Below are positions 54,575-63,993 of a DNA stretch of 64,000 nt, in pieces. The translations under genes were made by a program, and so were the position numbers. Each line of letters begins with the position of its first letter. Position 1 is the stretch's first letter. The stretch comes from Patescibacteria group bacterium (GTDB lineage: Bacteria > Patescibacteriota > Patescibacteriia > Patescibacteriales > UBA12465): the NCBI GenBank assembly GCA_041661685.1, contig JBAZTY010000003.1, positions 4,606 to 68,605 on the forward strand. Reading direction: 5' to 3'. The notes under the pieces are model-generated. The model made no database searches and was not told the origin of the DNA. It saw nothing but the letters and a program-made list of their open reading frames with translations.

Positions 54575-55197
54575 TTCTTAAAGATAGTCGGATTAACCTT
54601 GAGTAGGATACTGAAACTGACGCGATTAGCTTTAGTTTTACTTTTGGCGGACGCGGCGTTAACCACTTGAACCTGCTGGACTATAGGGTCATTCAAAAAG
54701 GCTTTAACCTGCCAAGAGATATCCGCATAGGAATCCGCTGTCGCTGACAAGGAATAGACGCCATCGATACTGCCAGCAAACCCTTCATAACGGACGGAGC
54801 TGAGGGTGTTTTTCTCCAGCCAGCTAAAAAAATTGCTCCAGTAAATATGGTTATTAAGCAAATCGGTAAAGACGGCTGATTTTTCTTTGTAGGACAGGGC
54901 GGTACTAGCCGACTTCTTAAAAGCGGCTGCTTCCGCGTCTAATTTAACAACCTTATCGCTCAGAACCTGAAGCTGAGCCGCTTCTTGCGCCTCCCACCAA
55001 TTGAGACCGAAATAGACTTCCGTCACCAACAGTCCAGCTAAGAATAGAACGAGCGCCAAAACCAAAAGATTCTTATTCCAATCGAAAGAAATATCCGCTT
55101 CCTCCTTGATCAAGTTGACTTCCAAGATCTTTGGATTCTGCAGCTCATGCTTCCTCATCTCCTCTTTCTTATTAAGTTTCCCTTTTTGCAAAAACAT
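54571..55197 (-). CDS. PilN-like pilus alignment protein
   Basis: A short cytoplasmic N-terminus, a single TM and a coiled-coil. It sits immediately downstream of pilM. Confidence 0.5.
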   Translation of the reverse strand: MFLQKGKLNKKEEMRKHELQNPKILEVNLIKEEADISFDWNKNLLVLALVLFLAGLLVTEVYFGLNWWEAQEAAQLQVLSDKVVKLDAEAAAFKKSASTALSYKEKSAVFTDLLNNHIYWSNFFSWLEKNTLSSVRYEGFAGSIDGVYSLSATADSYADISWQVKAFLNDPIVQQVQVVNAASAKSKTKANRVSFSILLKVNPTIFKK

Positions 55198-55203
55198 TTA
55201 TTT

Positions 55204-56256
55204 TTATTCGATTTCTCGCATGGCTAAACCAATAGCAACCGCTAGGCGCGGCCCGACTTCGCTGAGCACCGGCTTTAGCTCCTCCGGATAGCGGACGCGA
55301 TTCCAAGGATCGCCGATGATAACTTTTATATTCAAGCGCTTAGACAGATAATCAGCTAAATTAAGCAGTAAGGCGCCGCCGCCGGAAAGGATAATTTTTT
55401 CGACATTGCCTTTATTCTGCGACTGAAAAAACTCCAGCATGTATTCCATTTCCGTGACAATCGGCTCTAAAGTCTTGATCAGAAGCTGCGGCAATTCTTC
55501 ATTAGTATCGGCATTAAGGGTAACACTCAGATCAAATTTAAATTGTTCTGCTTGAGCATATGAGAGGCCGAGCTTCTCCGCCAAGATGCGCGTAACCGTG
55601 GAAGCGCAGACCGCTAAGCTACGATTAAGCACCGGGATACTTTCTTTGACGATGAATAGATCCGTGCTATTGGCGCCGATCTCGACAATCATAACCGTCG
55701 ACTTATCGTCGCCGACGAGCGAGCGCACGAGCGAGAAGGTTTCCGTTTCCAAGCTAGCTAATTCTAGTTTAGCCGCCTTGAAAATATCGATATATTTACG
55801 AACCAGCTTTTTCGGGCTGCCGGTCAAAAACACTTGAAGATTGCCCTTGGTCTGAATCTTGCCATTCTGATCCGGAATTATCTTCCAATCTAGAGTCATT
55901 TCGTCGAGCGGCAAAGGAATAACTTTCTTAGCCTCTTCATTAACCGCTTCGGCCATGCCTTTCTTATCGACATTATTGACGCTGATAATCGATGAAAAGA
56001 CGGCAAAGGTCGGAAGCGAGGCTGTTACCTTTTTGGCAGTTATGCCTGCTTCGGTCCTAACCTTATTTATCGCCCGCGCCAAATAATTAGCGTCATCAAC
56101 CTTCATGAAGTTAACTTCCGAGACATTCTCGCTAAAAGCGTAGTTGGAAAGATAGATCCGGCGATTCTTTTTCTTAAGTTCAACCATCTTCAATGACGAA
56201 TCACCGATATCAATTCCTAAAAAAAGGTTGTCGCCACCCAAGGAAAAAGAGCTCAT
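55204..56256 (-). CDS. pilM: type IV pilus assembly protein PilM (actin-like ATPase fold)
   Basis: LGIDIGDSSLKMVEL, the IVEIGANSTDL region and ILSGGGALL are typical PilM/FtsA-like motifs. Confidence 0.85.
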   Translation of the reverse strand: MSSFSLGGDNLFLGIDIGDSSLKMVELKKKNRRIYLSNYAFSENVSEVNFMKVDDANYLARAINKVRTEAGITAKKVTASLPTFAVFSSIISVNNVDKKGMAEAVNEEAKKVIPLPLDEMTLDWKIIPDQNGKIQTKGNLQVFLTGSPKKLVRKYIDIFKAAKLELASLETETFSLVRSLVGDDKSTVMIVEIGANSTDLFIVKESIPVLNRSLAVCASTVTRILAEKLGLSYAQAEQFKFDLSVTLNADTNEELPQLLIKTLEPIVTEMEYMLEFFQSQNKGNVEKIILSGGGALLLNLADYLSKRLNIKVIIGDPWNRVRYPEELKPVLSEVGPRLAVAIGLAMREIE

Positions 56257-56352
56257 AAACTTTGCGGGGCTTTCCCCGTTTTAAATTGAATTATCCCAAA
56301 TGTTAGTATATAATAATTATATATTATTTAGAAACATTAAACAAGCGAACAT

Positions 56353-57597
56353 ATGAACTTTTTCAGCCGCTTCAAGAAGGTTTTTCTAATCATCGGCTTT
56401 CTCGCTCTCGTCTTTATCCTTGGCTATCTTTTGTGGAGTTTTTTCTTTAAAGCGGGCGTCATAACGCCGACGGCGACAACGACTCCAGGAACTGTCGGCG
56501 GCTTGCCCTCTGCCGGCGTCGGAACTACGACTGGAACTACTGTCGGCGAGGGCAGCGGCCTGCCTGGCGGAATAACTATCCCGACCGAGGTCTCGCCCGC
56601 AGGCGGAATCAGCCCGACCGCGGTCGGCGGATTAACTAAGACAAGCGCTATCACTAAGAGCCCAACCCTCGGATCGACTTTATCTAGCGACGGCAAGGTC
56701 CAGTATTACGACAAGAACGACGGAAAATTCTATAAAGTCGATGACCAGGGCAACGTCGTCGCCTTGAGTGATAAGGTTTTTTATGGAGTCGATAGCATCG
56801 TCTGGGCGCCGGACAAGAACCAGGCCGTAATCGTATATCCGGATGGCAACAAGATTCTCTATAATTTTCAAACTAAATCTCAAGTAACCCTTCCCTCTCA
56901 TTGGCAGGATTTCTCTTTCTCTCCAGACAGCAATCAGATAGTCTCCAAGAGTCTGGGATTAGACGAGGAAAATCGCTACCTCGTAGTTTCTAACGATGAC
57001 GGCTCTAAGGCGACTGCTCTAGAAAATATCGGCACCAACGATAAGACTGTCTATCCTTCTTGGTCCCCGAATAATCAAATCGTCGCGATGTATACCGAGG
57101 GCGTCGATTTCAACCGCCAAGAAGTTTATTTCGTCGGCCTTAATGGTGAAAATTTTAAATCCACGACCGTCGAGGGCCGTGGTTTCGAATCAAAATGGTC
57201 GACAACCGGCGATAAACTCTTATACAGCGTCTACAGCACCGCTACTAATCTTAACCCGCAACTATGGGTAGTCGGCGCCAGTGGCGACACTATCGGCCAG
57301 AACCGCCAGAGCATTAGTCTGAGCACTTGGGCGAATAAATGCACCTTCGCCTCCAATAACGAAGTTTATTGCGCCGTTCCGGAAAACTTAAGTAAGGGCG
57401 CAGGCATGTTCCCAGAATTAGCCGACAAGACCAAGGATAACTTATACAAGATAAATCTGACGACCGGGTCTAAAGAATTAATCGCCATCCCTGACGGCGC
57501 TTATAATATTTCCGAAGTCATAGTCCCGACCAGCAAAGACTCTTTATACTTTACCGATAAAACGACGGATCAGATTTATAAGATTGATTTGCCATAG
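56353..57597 (+). CDS. membrane-anchored PD40/TolB-like beta-propeller repeat protein
   Basis: N-terminal TM, a Thr/Gly/Pro linker and repeated WAPD/FSPDSNQIV/PSWSPNNQIV PD40-type motifs. Confidence 0.7.
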   Translation: MNFFSRFKKVFLIIGFLALVFILGYLLWSFFFKAGVITPTATTTPGTVGGLPSAGVGTTTGTTVGEGSGLPGGITIPTEVSPAGGISPTAVGGLTKTSAITKSPTLGSTLSSDGKVQYYDKNDGKFYKVDDQGNVVALSDKVFYGVDSIVWAPDKNQAVIVYPDGNKILYNFQTKSQVTLPSHWQDFSFSPDSNQIVSKSLGLDEENRYLVVSNDDGSKATALENIGTNDKTVYPSWSPNNQIVAMYTEGVDFNRQEVYFVGLNGENFKSTTVEGRGFESKWSTTGDKLLYSVYSTATNLNPQLWVVGASGDTIGQNRQSISLSTWANKCTFASNNEVYCAVPENLSKGAGMFPELADKTKDNLYKINLTTGSKELIAIPDGAYNISEVIVPTSKDSLYFTDKTTDQIYKIDLP

Positions 57598-57635
57598 AGT
57601 TTAATGAATATTTTTTTATTTAGATGATTTTTGGC

Positions 57636-57666
57636 AAAAAATTCAGGCACAAATGCCTGAATTTTT
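57636..57666. terminator. rho-independent terminator
   Basis: AAAAATTCAGGCA-CAAA-TGCCTGAATTTTT is a perfect 13-bp stem including the A/T runs. Confidence 0.75.
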
Positions 57667-57680
57667 AGAAACAAAACTAT

Positions 57681-58433
57681 ATGCATTCAAAAATATTAAC
57701 TCAATTTAAAAAATTCGCCCTGAATCTCTTATTCCCTATTGAATGTCTGGGGTGCGGACGCGAGGGCCTTTGGCTCTGCCAGGATTGTTTGCGGCGCTTA
57801 AGATTCGGAACTGATAAAAAAACTGATGGAAATGAAAAAAAATATAATAATTTAAAAACCCCGGCTTTAGATAAGATTTATATCGCCGGCGATTACGATG
57901 ACACGCTCCTGGCGGATATGATTAAGAAATTTAAATATCATTTCGTAAGCTCCTTAGGGAAGCCGCTGGCAAATTTCTTATCGTTATACTGGTCCGGACA
58001 ACTAGCGCTAACGGATCTCCATAATCATTATGATCATAATGACGTCCAAACTAGCGGACTAACCGAAGACCCAGGCGACAACAAAGATATTCCCCTCATA
58101 ATTCCCATCCCTCTATCTAAAAAACGTCGACGCTGGCGCGGCTTCAATCAAGCGGAATTATTGGCCCATGAATTCGCCGCTAATTTCTCCTATCCTGTCT
58201 CTGACGGATTGAAAAGAATAAAACATGGCCGCGCTCAAGCGTCCTTAAACGAAACCGAACGGCTTAATAATCTTTTTGGTGCCTTCGTTTACAGAGGTCC
58301 GAGTCTAAATGGTCGAACCATAATCCTGATTGATGATGTCGCGACGACCGGCGCGACCCTGAATGAAGCCGCCCTGGCATTGCGTGCTAAAGGCGCAAAA
58401 ATAATATATGGGCTAGTCTTAGCCAAAGGCTAA
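57681..58433 (+). CDS. comFC: ComF-family phosphoribosyltransferase-domain protein
   Basis: N-terminal zinc-finger CLGC ... CQDC and a C-terminal PRTase motif ILIDDVATTGATL. Confidence 0.8.
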   Translation: MHSKILTQFKKFALNLLFPIECLGCGREGLWLCQDCLRRLRFGTDKKTDGNEKKYNNLKTPALDKIYIAGDYDDTLLADMIKKFKYHFVSSLGKPLANFLSLYWSGQLALTDLHNHYDHNDVQTSGLTEDPGDNKDIPLIIPIPLSKKRRRWRGFNQAELLAHEFAANFSYPVSDGLKRIKHGRAQASLNETERLNNLFGAFVYRGPSLNGRTIILIDDVATTGATLNEAALALRAKGAKIIYGLVLAKG

Positions 58434-58453
58434 AAGCCAGCTTTTCTTATATC

Positions 58454-58482
58454 TTTACAAAAAAACTTGCCGATACTATAAT
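58454..58482 (+). promoter_or_regulatory. sigma70-type promoter upstream of the T-box leader
   Basis: TTTACA (58454..58459), a 17-nt spacer, then TATAAT (58477..58482). Confidence 0.55.
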
Positions 58483-58488
58483 AAGAAT

Positions 58489-58718
58489 ACTTTAAGCCAG
58501 CGCCCGAGCCCACCAAACTCGGTTGGAAAAACATCTTTTTCTAAATAAAGCGCCCGCTTATCCTAAAAGAGTTTTCGTTTCTCATGGCCTGCGCCATGCG
58601 TGAGATGGAAAAAGCTAGGTGGAACCGCGAGACCTCGATTTCGGCGCCAGTCGCGCCCGATAAGTCCCGTCCTAGCAAAAGCAGTCTTGACTGTTTTTGC
58701 GAGGAGGGGACTTTTTTT
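58489..58718 (+). promoter_or_regulatory. T-box riboswitch-like leader with terminator/antiterminator
   Basis: AGCTAGGTGGAACCGCGAG (58613..58631) matches the T-box consensus. GCTAGG (58614..58619) pairs with CCTAGC (58671..58676). A competing terminator pairs 58662..58676 with 58699..58713, followed by T7. Confidence 0.6.
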
Positions 58719-58742
58719 ATAAAAAATTATAAAAATAAAATT

Positions 58743-59372
58743 ATGGCTTTAGAAGCGACACACATGAGATTTGCGCTTGATCTCCAAGACAAATACCAAG
58801 TCAAAGATACAGAAAAATATGTTGTCGGAGCTATTTATCCCGATAGCCGATATTTTACTGGGATTGACCGATTATTAACGCATCCGACTGACTATGCTGA
58901 TTGGAACTGGCAAGAGGCTGACGACTTTAAGAAAGGCTGGCTGGCACATTTGCTAGCCGATAAAATCCAATGGCAAGTAATTCGAGAGGTTCTGCCCGAT
59001 ATTTTTACGGACGATTATGGCCATGATCGTGAAACCTGGGTCAAACATACCGCGATAAAGATTCTTCAGGACATTGAAGACGCCAAGAAATTTAATATTA
59101 AACTCTATCTGCCATATTTGGAATTCACCGCTAACCCGAATGGAGAAGATATGGAAAAAGTTAAAGAATCTAATCAAGTAATCGCTAGGCTTTATACTGA
59201 ACCGGATAAATTAGACATCAACAGTTATCACGAGTTCTGGGAAGGTTTCGGAATCGGCAACGAATTAACAAAAAAGCTTATCAGCCAAACTGAACAATAC
59301 CGCGCTGATAAAAAAATAATGACAGTAGTCAATAATCTCTATCAAAAAATGTTAGACAAAATTAATCTATAA
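58743..59372 (+). CDS. hypothetical protein (209 aa), possible metal-dependent hydrolase
   Basis: The ATG at 58743 after the leader terminator is preferred over 58584. The spacing of His/Asp residues (THMRF, YPDSRY, THP, GWLAHLLAD) is reminiscent of zinc-dependent phospholipase C-like folds. Weak call. Confidence 0.5.
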   Translation: MALEATHMRFALDLQDKYQVKDTEKYVVGAIYPDSRYFTGIDRLLTHPTDYADWNWQEADDFKKGWLAHLLADKIQWQVIREVLPDIFTDDYGHDRETWVKHTAIKILQDIEDAKKFNIKLYLPYLEFTANPNGEDMEKVKESNQVIARLYTEPDKLDINSYHEFWEGFGIGNELTKKLISQTEQYRADKKIMTVVNNLYQKMLDKINL

Positions 59373-59383
59373 TAATCAACTAT

Positions 59384-61129
59384 ATGAAAAACGAAATCAG
59401 CATCGAAGTGAAACGCCATTCCCTGTCGCATCTCCTAGCCGCCGCCATCAAAGAATTGTGGCCGAACGCGAAACTCGCTATCGGTCCGGCGATTGAAAAC
59501 GGCTTCTATTATGACATTGACTGCGGCGAGGAGAAAATCAGCGATACCAACCTTAAGGAGATCGAGAAGAAGATGGCGCATCTCTTGAAGCAGAACCTCA
59601 AATTCGAACGCAGCGAAATGACCGTCGATGAAGGAATAAAGAAAGCCAAGGCTGAAGGAGAAATCTATAAAGCCGAGCTCATCAGCGACTTAAAAGCTAA
59701 GGGTGAAACAATCGTCAGTTATTATACCGTCGGAAAATTCACCGATCTCTGCCGCGGCCCGCACATAGAAAACACCAATCAAATCAAACCAGGCAGCTTC
59801 AAGCTGGACAAGCTCGCTGGCGCTTATTGGCGCGGCGACGAGAAAAACAAAATGCTCACCCGCATTTACGGCTTAGCGTTTGATACTAAAGAAGAATTAG
59901 ACGCTTACTTAAAGATGATGGCCGAAGCAGAAAAAAGAGACCATCGCAAGATCGGCAAAGAACAAGACTTATTCATGCTCCACGAATGGGCTCCGGGAAT
60001 CCCCTTCTTCCTGCCTAAAGGCATGACCATGCTGATAGAACTCTTAAAATTCATCCGCGAATATTCTTATGGCGATGGCTACCGCGAAGTCAGGACGCCG
60101 CAATTATTGAATGCCGAGCTTTGGAAGACTTCCGGCCATTGGGATCATTACCAGGAAGATATGTTCATCCTCCACCATGCCGACGATGAGTGCGACCTGG
60201 GTATCAAGCCGATGAATTGTCCGGCGCACATGCTCGTCTTTAAGCGCGATATCCATTCTTATCGCGATCTGCCCTTACGTTTAGCCGAAACGACGACGCT
60301 ATATCGCAATGAAAAATCCGGCACCTTGCACGGCCTGACTCGCGTTCGCAGCCTATCCCAAGACGATTCCCATATTTTCGCCCGCCCCGATCAAATTCTT
60401 GATGAGATTTCTACCTTATTAGGAAAGATCAAAGACATCTACCGAATTTTCAACCTGAATATCGATGAGATTCATCTATCGACTCGCCCGGAACATTTCA
60501 TGGGTGAAAAAGCTGTCTGGGATCAAGCCGAAAATAATTTAAAAACTGCTCTTGAAAACGCAAAATTAGATTATAAGATTAATGAGGGCGATGGTGCCTT
60601 CTATGGACCGAAAATAGATGTGAAAGTTAAAGATGCCATCGGCCGCCAATGGCAATTAGCGACCATCCAATTAGATTTCCAGCTGCCGGGACGTTTTGAG
60701 CTGGCTTATACCGATGCCGATGGCAGCAAGAAAACTCCAGTTGTTATCCATCGCGCCCTGCTCGGCTCCATGGAAAGATTCCTGGGCGTCATTATTGAGC
60801 ATTATTCCGGCGTTTTCCCGGTCTGGCTGGCTCCTGTCCAAGTAAAAATCGTCTCGGTCGCCGAAACTCATATTCCAGCTTGTGAGAAATTAGCCGCTGA
60901 ATTCAAGCAAGCCGGCATCCGCGTCGAGATAGACGACGCCAATGAGACTGTCGGCAATAAGATCCGCAAAGCGGCTAACGAAAAAGTTCCTTACATGCTC
61001 GTTATCGGCGACAAGGAAGCTAGTTCCCCGACTTTAGCGGTCCGCGACCGCGGCGCCATGGACACCAGAGACATATCCAAGGACGATTTTATCGCAGAAA
61101 TCCTAGATAATATCAAGAATCATCGCTAA
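59384..61129 (+). CDS. thrS: threonine--tRNA ligase (no N-terminal TGS domain)
   Basis: RHSLSHLLAAAIKELWP (editing domain), class II motifs (FRNE-like LYRNEKSG, HRALLGSMERF) and an anticodon-binding C-terminus. 581 aa. Confidence 0.95.
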   Translation: MKNEISIEVKRHSLSHLLAAAIKELWPNAKLAIGPAIENGFYYDIDCGEEKISDTNLKEIEKKMAHLLKQNLKFERSEMTVDEGIKKAKAEGEIYKAELISDLKAKGETIVSYYTVGKFTDLCRGPHIENTNQIKPGSFKLDKLAGAYWRGDEKNKMLTRIYGLAFDTKEELDAYLKMMAEAEKRDHRKIGKEQDLFMLHEWAPGIPFFLPKGMTMLIELLKFIREYSYGDGYREVRTPQLLNAELWKTSGHWDHYQEDMFILHHADDECDLGIKPMNCPAHMLVFKRDIHSYRDLPLRLAETTTLYRNEKSGTLHGLTRVRSLSQDDSHIFARPDQILDEISTLLGKIKDIYRIFNLNIDEIHLSTRPEHFMGEKAVWDQAENNLKTALENAKLDYKINEGDGAFYGPKIDVKVKDAIGRQWQLATIQLDFQLPGRFELAYTDADGSKKTPVVIHRALLGSMERFLGVIIEHYSGVFPVWLAPVQVKIVSVAETHIPACEKLAAEFKQAGIRVEIDDANETVGNKIRKAANEKVPYMLVIGDKEASSPTLAVRDRGAMDTRDISKDDFIAEILDNIKNHR

Positions 61130-61181
61130 ACAACCTAGAATATGTTATTATAAATTTACGTCAAAATTAAAAAATCTATCT

Positions 61182-61547
61182 ATGGATAAGATAAAGAGAT
61201 TCTTCAAGAAAAATTGGACGCTGATAATATTAGTGATCGTCATAATGTTCATTCTAGCGATCGTGCGCGCTAAAAGCCAGGTCAATATGATCCTCTTCTA
61301 TAGCGATTCGTGCCCGCATTGTAAAAATGTCGAAGCCTATATCAACGAGAATGGGATAAGCGACAAGATAAAGTTCGACCAGAAAGAAGTTTCCCAGAAT
61401 CAAGCTAACGCTACTCTCATGGAGCGCAAAGCGAACGACTGCGGACTAGATACTACTCAGGGTCTCGGCGTTCCCTTCTTCTTCAATGGCCAAGAATGCT
61501 TAATGGGCGACGAGCCGATTATAAATTATTTCAAAACTTTGAAATAA
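61182..61547 (+). CDS. membrane-anchored thioredoxin/glutaredoxin-fold protein (CPHC)
   Basis: N-terminal TM, then ILFYSDSCPHCKNVE, a redox CXXC motif in thioredoxin-fold context. Confidence 0.6.
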   Translation: MDKIKRFFKKNWTLIILVIVIMFILAIVRAKSQVNMILFYSDSCPHCKNVEAYINENGISDKIKFDQKEVSQNQANATLMERKANDCGLDTTQGLGVPFFFNGQECLMGDEPIINYFKTLK

Positions 61548-61568
61548 AAAATCTTACTGACTCTTAAT

Positions 61569-62093
61569 ATGCTGACTAACCGCAACCAAAATAAAATTAT
61601 TGCTTTGGCCTCTGCTAGCGGCCTGGCTTTCGCGTTGAAAGCTCAAGCAGTCTGTCCGGTCTGCGTCATCGCCGTCGGCGCCGGCCTCGGGCTGAGCGAA
61701 TATTTAGGCATCGACGATACTGTCGCCGGCGTCTGGATAGGCGGCATGCTGGTCGCAGTTACTATCTGGACTATCAATTGGCTGAACAAGAAAAATTGGT
61801 CCTTAGGCAATAAAGATTTGCGCGATATCTTAATCGCCATCCTCTACTATGGCTTAACTCTCTGGCCGCTCTGGGGACAAGGCTTTATCGGCAATCCGTC
61901 TAATCGCCTCTGGGGACTAGACAAGCTGATTATCGGCATCGGCGCCGGCAGCCTCGGTTTCCTGATCTTCACCCTTTGGTATGATCGAATTAAGAAGCGC
62001 CGCGGCCACGCGCATTTTCCTTTTGAGAAAGTTGCTATGCCGATCGAAGCTTTGATTGTCTTAAGCTTAGTATTTTATTTTTTAACTAGATAA
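61569..62093 (+). CDS. multi-TM membrane protein with CPVC motif
   Basis: Four or five hydrophobic segments with CPVC at the start of the first. No family recognised. Confidence 0.5.
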   Translation: MLTNRNQNKIIALASASGLAFALKAQAVCPVCVIAVGAGLGLSEYLGIDDTVAGVWIGGMLVAVTIWTINWLNKKNWSLGNKDLRDILIAILYYGLTLWPLWGQGFIGNPSNRLWGLDKLIIGIGAGSLGFLIFTLWYDRIKKRRGHAHFPFEKVAMPIEALIVLSLVFYFLTR

Positions 62094-62097
62094 AAAT

Positions 62098-62625
62098 ATG
62101 TCTGATATCTTAAGCCTGCATGACATGATCGAAAAAGTCGACCAGCTCAAGAAGGATAACGTCCTCGACCTTTCTTCTGATCAGGATCTCTCCATCGCGA
62201 TCATGAATCTCGTCAGCATTGAGGAGCATTTCTTCTTTACGGGAGCTAAGACCGGCAATCCAAAATATTATGACCTGCTCGCCGAAGTCCGCGAAATGCG
62301 CAAAGACTTGCTGAAGAAAATAATCAAAGACTATGAAGGCGAGGTCTGGTGCATCTCCAAGCATCTCTTGGGCGCTTCTTACCGCTTAATGGAAGTCGGG
62401 ACTAAAGCGCAAGGAAAAGGCGATAAGAAGGAGGCGGAAGAAATGTTTAAGAAAGCCTACGAATTATATTCCATGTTCTGGGGCTTAAATATGAAATTGA
62501 TTAATCTCGGCGATATCAAGAAAATCGAAGAAGGAGCCTTGAATAACGAAGACAAGGAACCGATTGGATTCGCCGGCAAGCTCGGCGCGCTCGTCAAGAA
62601 GGTCATCAATTGCTGCATCGAGTAA
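62098..62625 (+). CDS. hypothetical soluble protein (175 aa)
   Basis: Intact ORF 4 nt after the previous stop, followed by a strong terminator. No family recognised. Confidence 0.5.
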   Translation: MSDILSLHDMIEKVDQLKKDNVLDLSSDQDLSIAIMNLVSIEEHFFFTGAKTGNPKYYDLLAEVREMRKDLLKKIIKDYEGEVWCISKHLLGASYRLMEVGTKAQGKGDKKEAEEMFKKAYELYSMFWGLNMKLINLGDIKKIEEGALNNEDKEPIGFAGKLGALVKKVINCCIE

Positions 62626-62660
62626 ATAAAAATAACCAAAAAAAACTTTATCAACATAAA

Positions 62661-62686
62661 AGACTGCCTCGGGCAGTCTTTTTTTA
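62661..62686. terminator. bidirectional rho-independent terminator
   Basis: AGACTGCC-TCG-GGCAGTCT stem flanked by an A-run and T7, between convergent genes. Confidence 0.8.
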
Positions 62687-62707
62687 TTTTCTAATTTTAG
62701 CGTCCGA

Positions 62708-63604
62708 TTACTTCTCGACTACGATCATCTCCCTAACGAGCGTCTTCGGGAAAGGTAACTTGTATCCGGTTTCATAAGGACGGATAGCAGAAAAGATGAC
62801 GGCCGAGCTATAACGATAGTTCTCTCCCAAGCGCGTACCTGGGTCGTTAGTGATGAATTGCTCCGCCTTATAATCATAGCCCTTGATGAGAATCATGTGC
62901 TCCTCCGGACCGGGAGATTTAAAATTCGGATTTTTCAAAGCGCGACCGTTAGTCGGAATCAGAACGATATTCCCCCGCTCTAATTCCTTGAGAATATCAG
63001 AGGAGCTCGCTACCGGCTTGATAGCCACTTTTTCATAACTAAAATAATCATTGAACATCCAGCTGACGACGTCAGCGAGAGCGACATCGCGATGTTCGCC
63101 ATACTTCTCTTCTTCAAAATCAGACAAAGCCAGTATCCGCGCCAGCCACTCTTCTTTGGCAATATTTTTTTCTCCATTGACCCAAGCCATAGCCATAGCG
63201 ACGCTTGCTTCTTCGCAGCCGTCTTGCTGGCGCTCATCGCTCCATTCGCCTAGCGGCGCTTGAGAAGTAAACGGAACCGGGATGATGAAGCTAGATGATG
63301 AGGCTTTCGGAATCGCGACTGGAGCCGAACTTGCAACCACCTCTGAAGCGGGAGCGACTAACACAATCGAGCTTGTAGCCGAAGAGGAAGCCGCGGATAA
63401 TGGCAACAATGAGATGGAAGGCAAGGAAATAGTAGAAGACGAAGTAGAAACTGGGACAGAAGAAGATCCTGTCTCCCTATCAGCCTCGCCAATCACTTCC
63501 GAGTCGTCTTCAATCTTCAAACTCGGCATGAAACGGATGGCCGCTAAACCGATAAGCGCTAACCCGGAAACTAAAAATAAATATTTTAAAACTTTATTCA
63601 TCAT
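62708..63604 (-). CDS. secreted C39-like cysteine peptidase domain protein
   Basis: TM/signal, a Ser-rich linker, then VPFTSQAPLGEW...QDGCEEASVAMAMAW, which resembles the catalytic-Cys region of Peptidase_C39_2/YvpB-like proteins. Confidence 0.55.
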   Translation of the reverse strand: MMNKVLKYLFLVSGLALIGLAAIRFMPSLKIEDDSEVIGEADRETGSSSVPVSTSSSTISLPSISLLPLSAASSSATSSIVLVAPASEVVASSAPVAIPKASSSSFIIPVPFTSQAPLGEWSDERQQDGCEEASVAMAMAWVNGEKNIAKEEWLARILALSDFEEEKYGEHRDVALADVVSWMFNDYFSYEKVAIKPVASSSDILKELERGNIVLIPTNGRALKNPNFKSPGPEEHMILIKGYDYKAEQFITNDPGTRLGENYRYSSAVIFSAIRPYETGYKLPFPKTLVREMIVVEK

Positions 63605-63993
63605 ATCTTATTTTCTTTCTTTTCCTGCCTATACAAAACATAAGAATAAATAGTAATCCAGGCAATCAAAGCTACTAACCCGCCGATAAGGATTACGAAA
63701 GCGACGGTCGGCGCGAGCCAAGGCGCAAAAATTAAGCCCAGACCCCAAATCATGAACAAGCGGCCGCCGAGACGATGCGTCTTGTTCCAGACATTATCCG
63801 AAGACAGGGTCCAAGGTGTCTTTATCCCGACGAACCAGTTGCGCTTCAGCTTGCCAAAATAATTTCCTAGAATGATCATCATCAATCCGATAGTGCCCGA
63901 GACAATTACTCCGATATTAACTGCGTAACCTAAATTAGAAAAAGTCGCAGCCATGAAGACTACCAGGAAGACTGATAATATTAAATTGCGCAT
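63601..63993 (-). CDS. SdpI/YhfL-family membrane protein
   Basis: NWFVGIKTPWTLSSDNVWNKTHRLGG matches the conserved SdpI-family block. Four TM segments. A 4-nt overlap with the downstream gene. Confidence 0.7.
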   Translation of the reverse strand: MRNLILSVFLVVFMAATFSNLGYAVNIGVIVSGTIGLMMIILGNYFGKLKRNWFVGIKTPWTLSSDNVWNKTHRLGGRLFMIWGLGLIFAPWLAPTVAFVILIGGLVALIAWITIYSYVLYRQEKKENKI

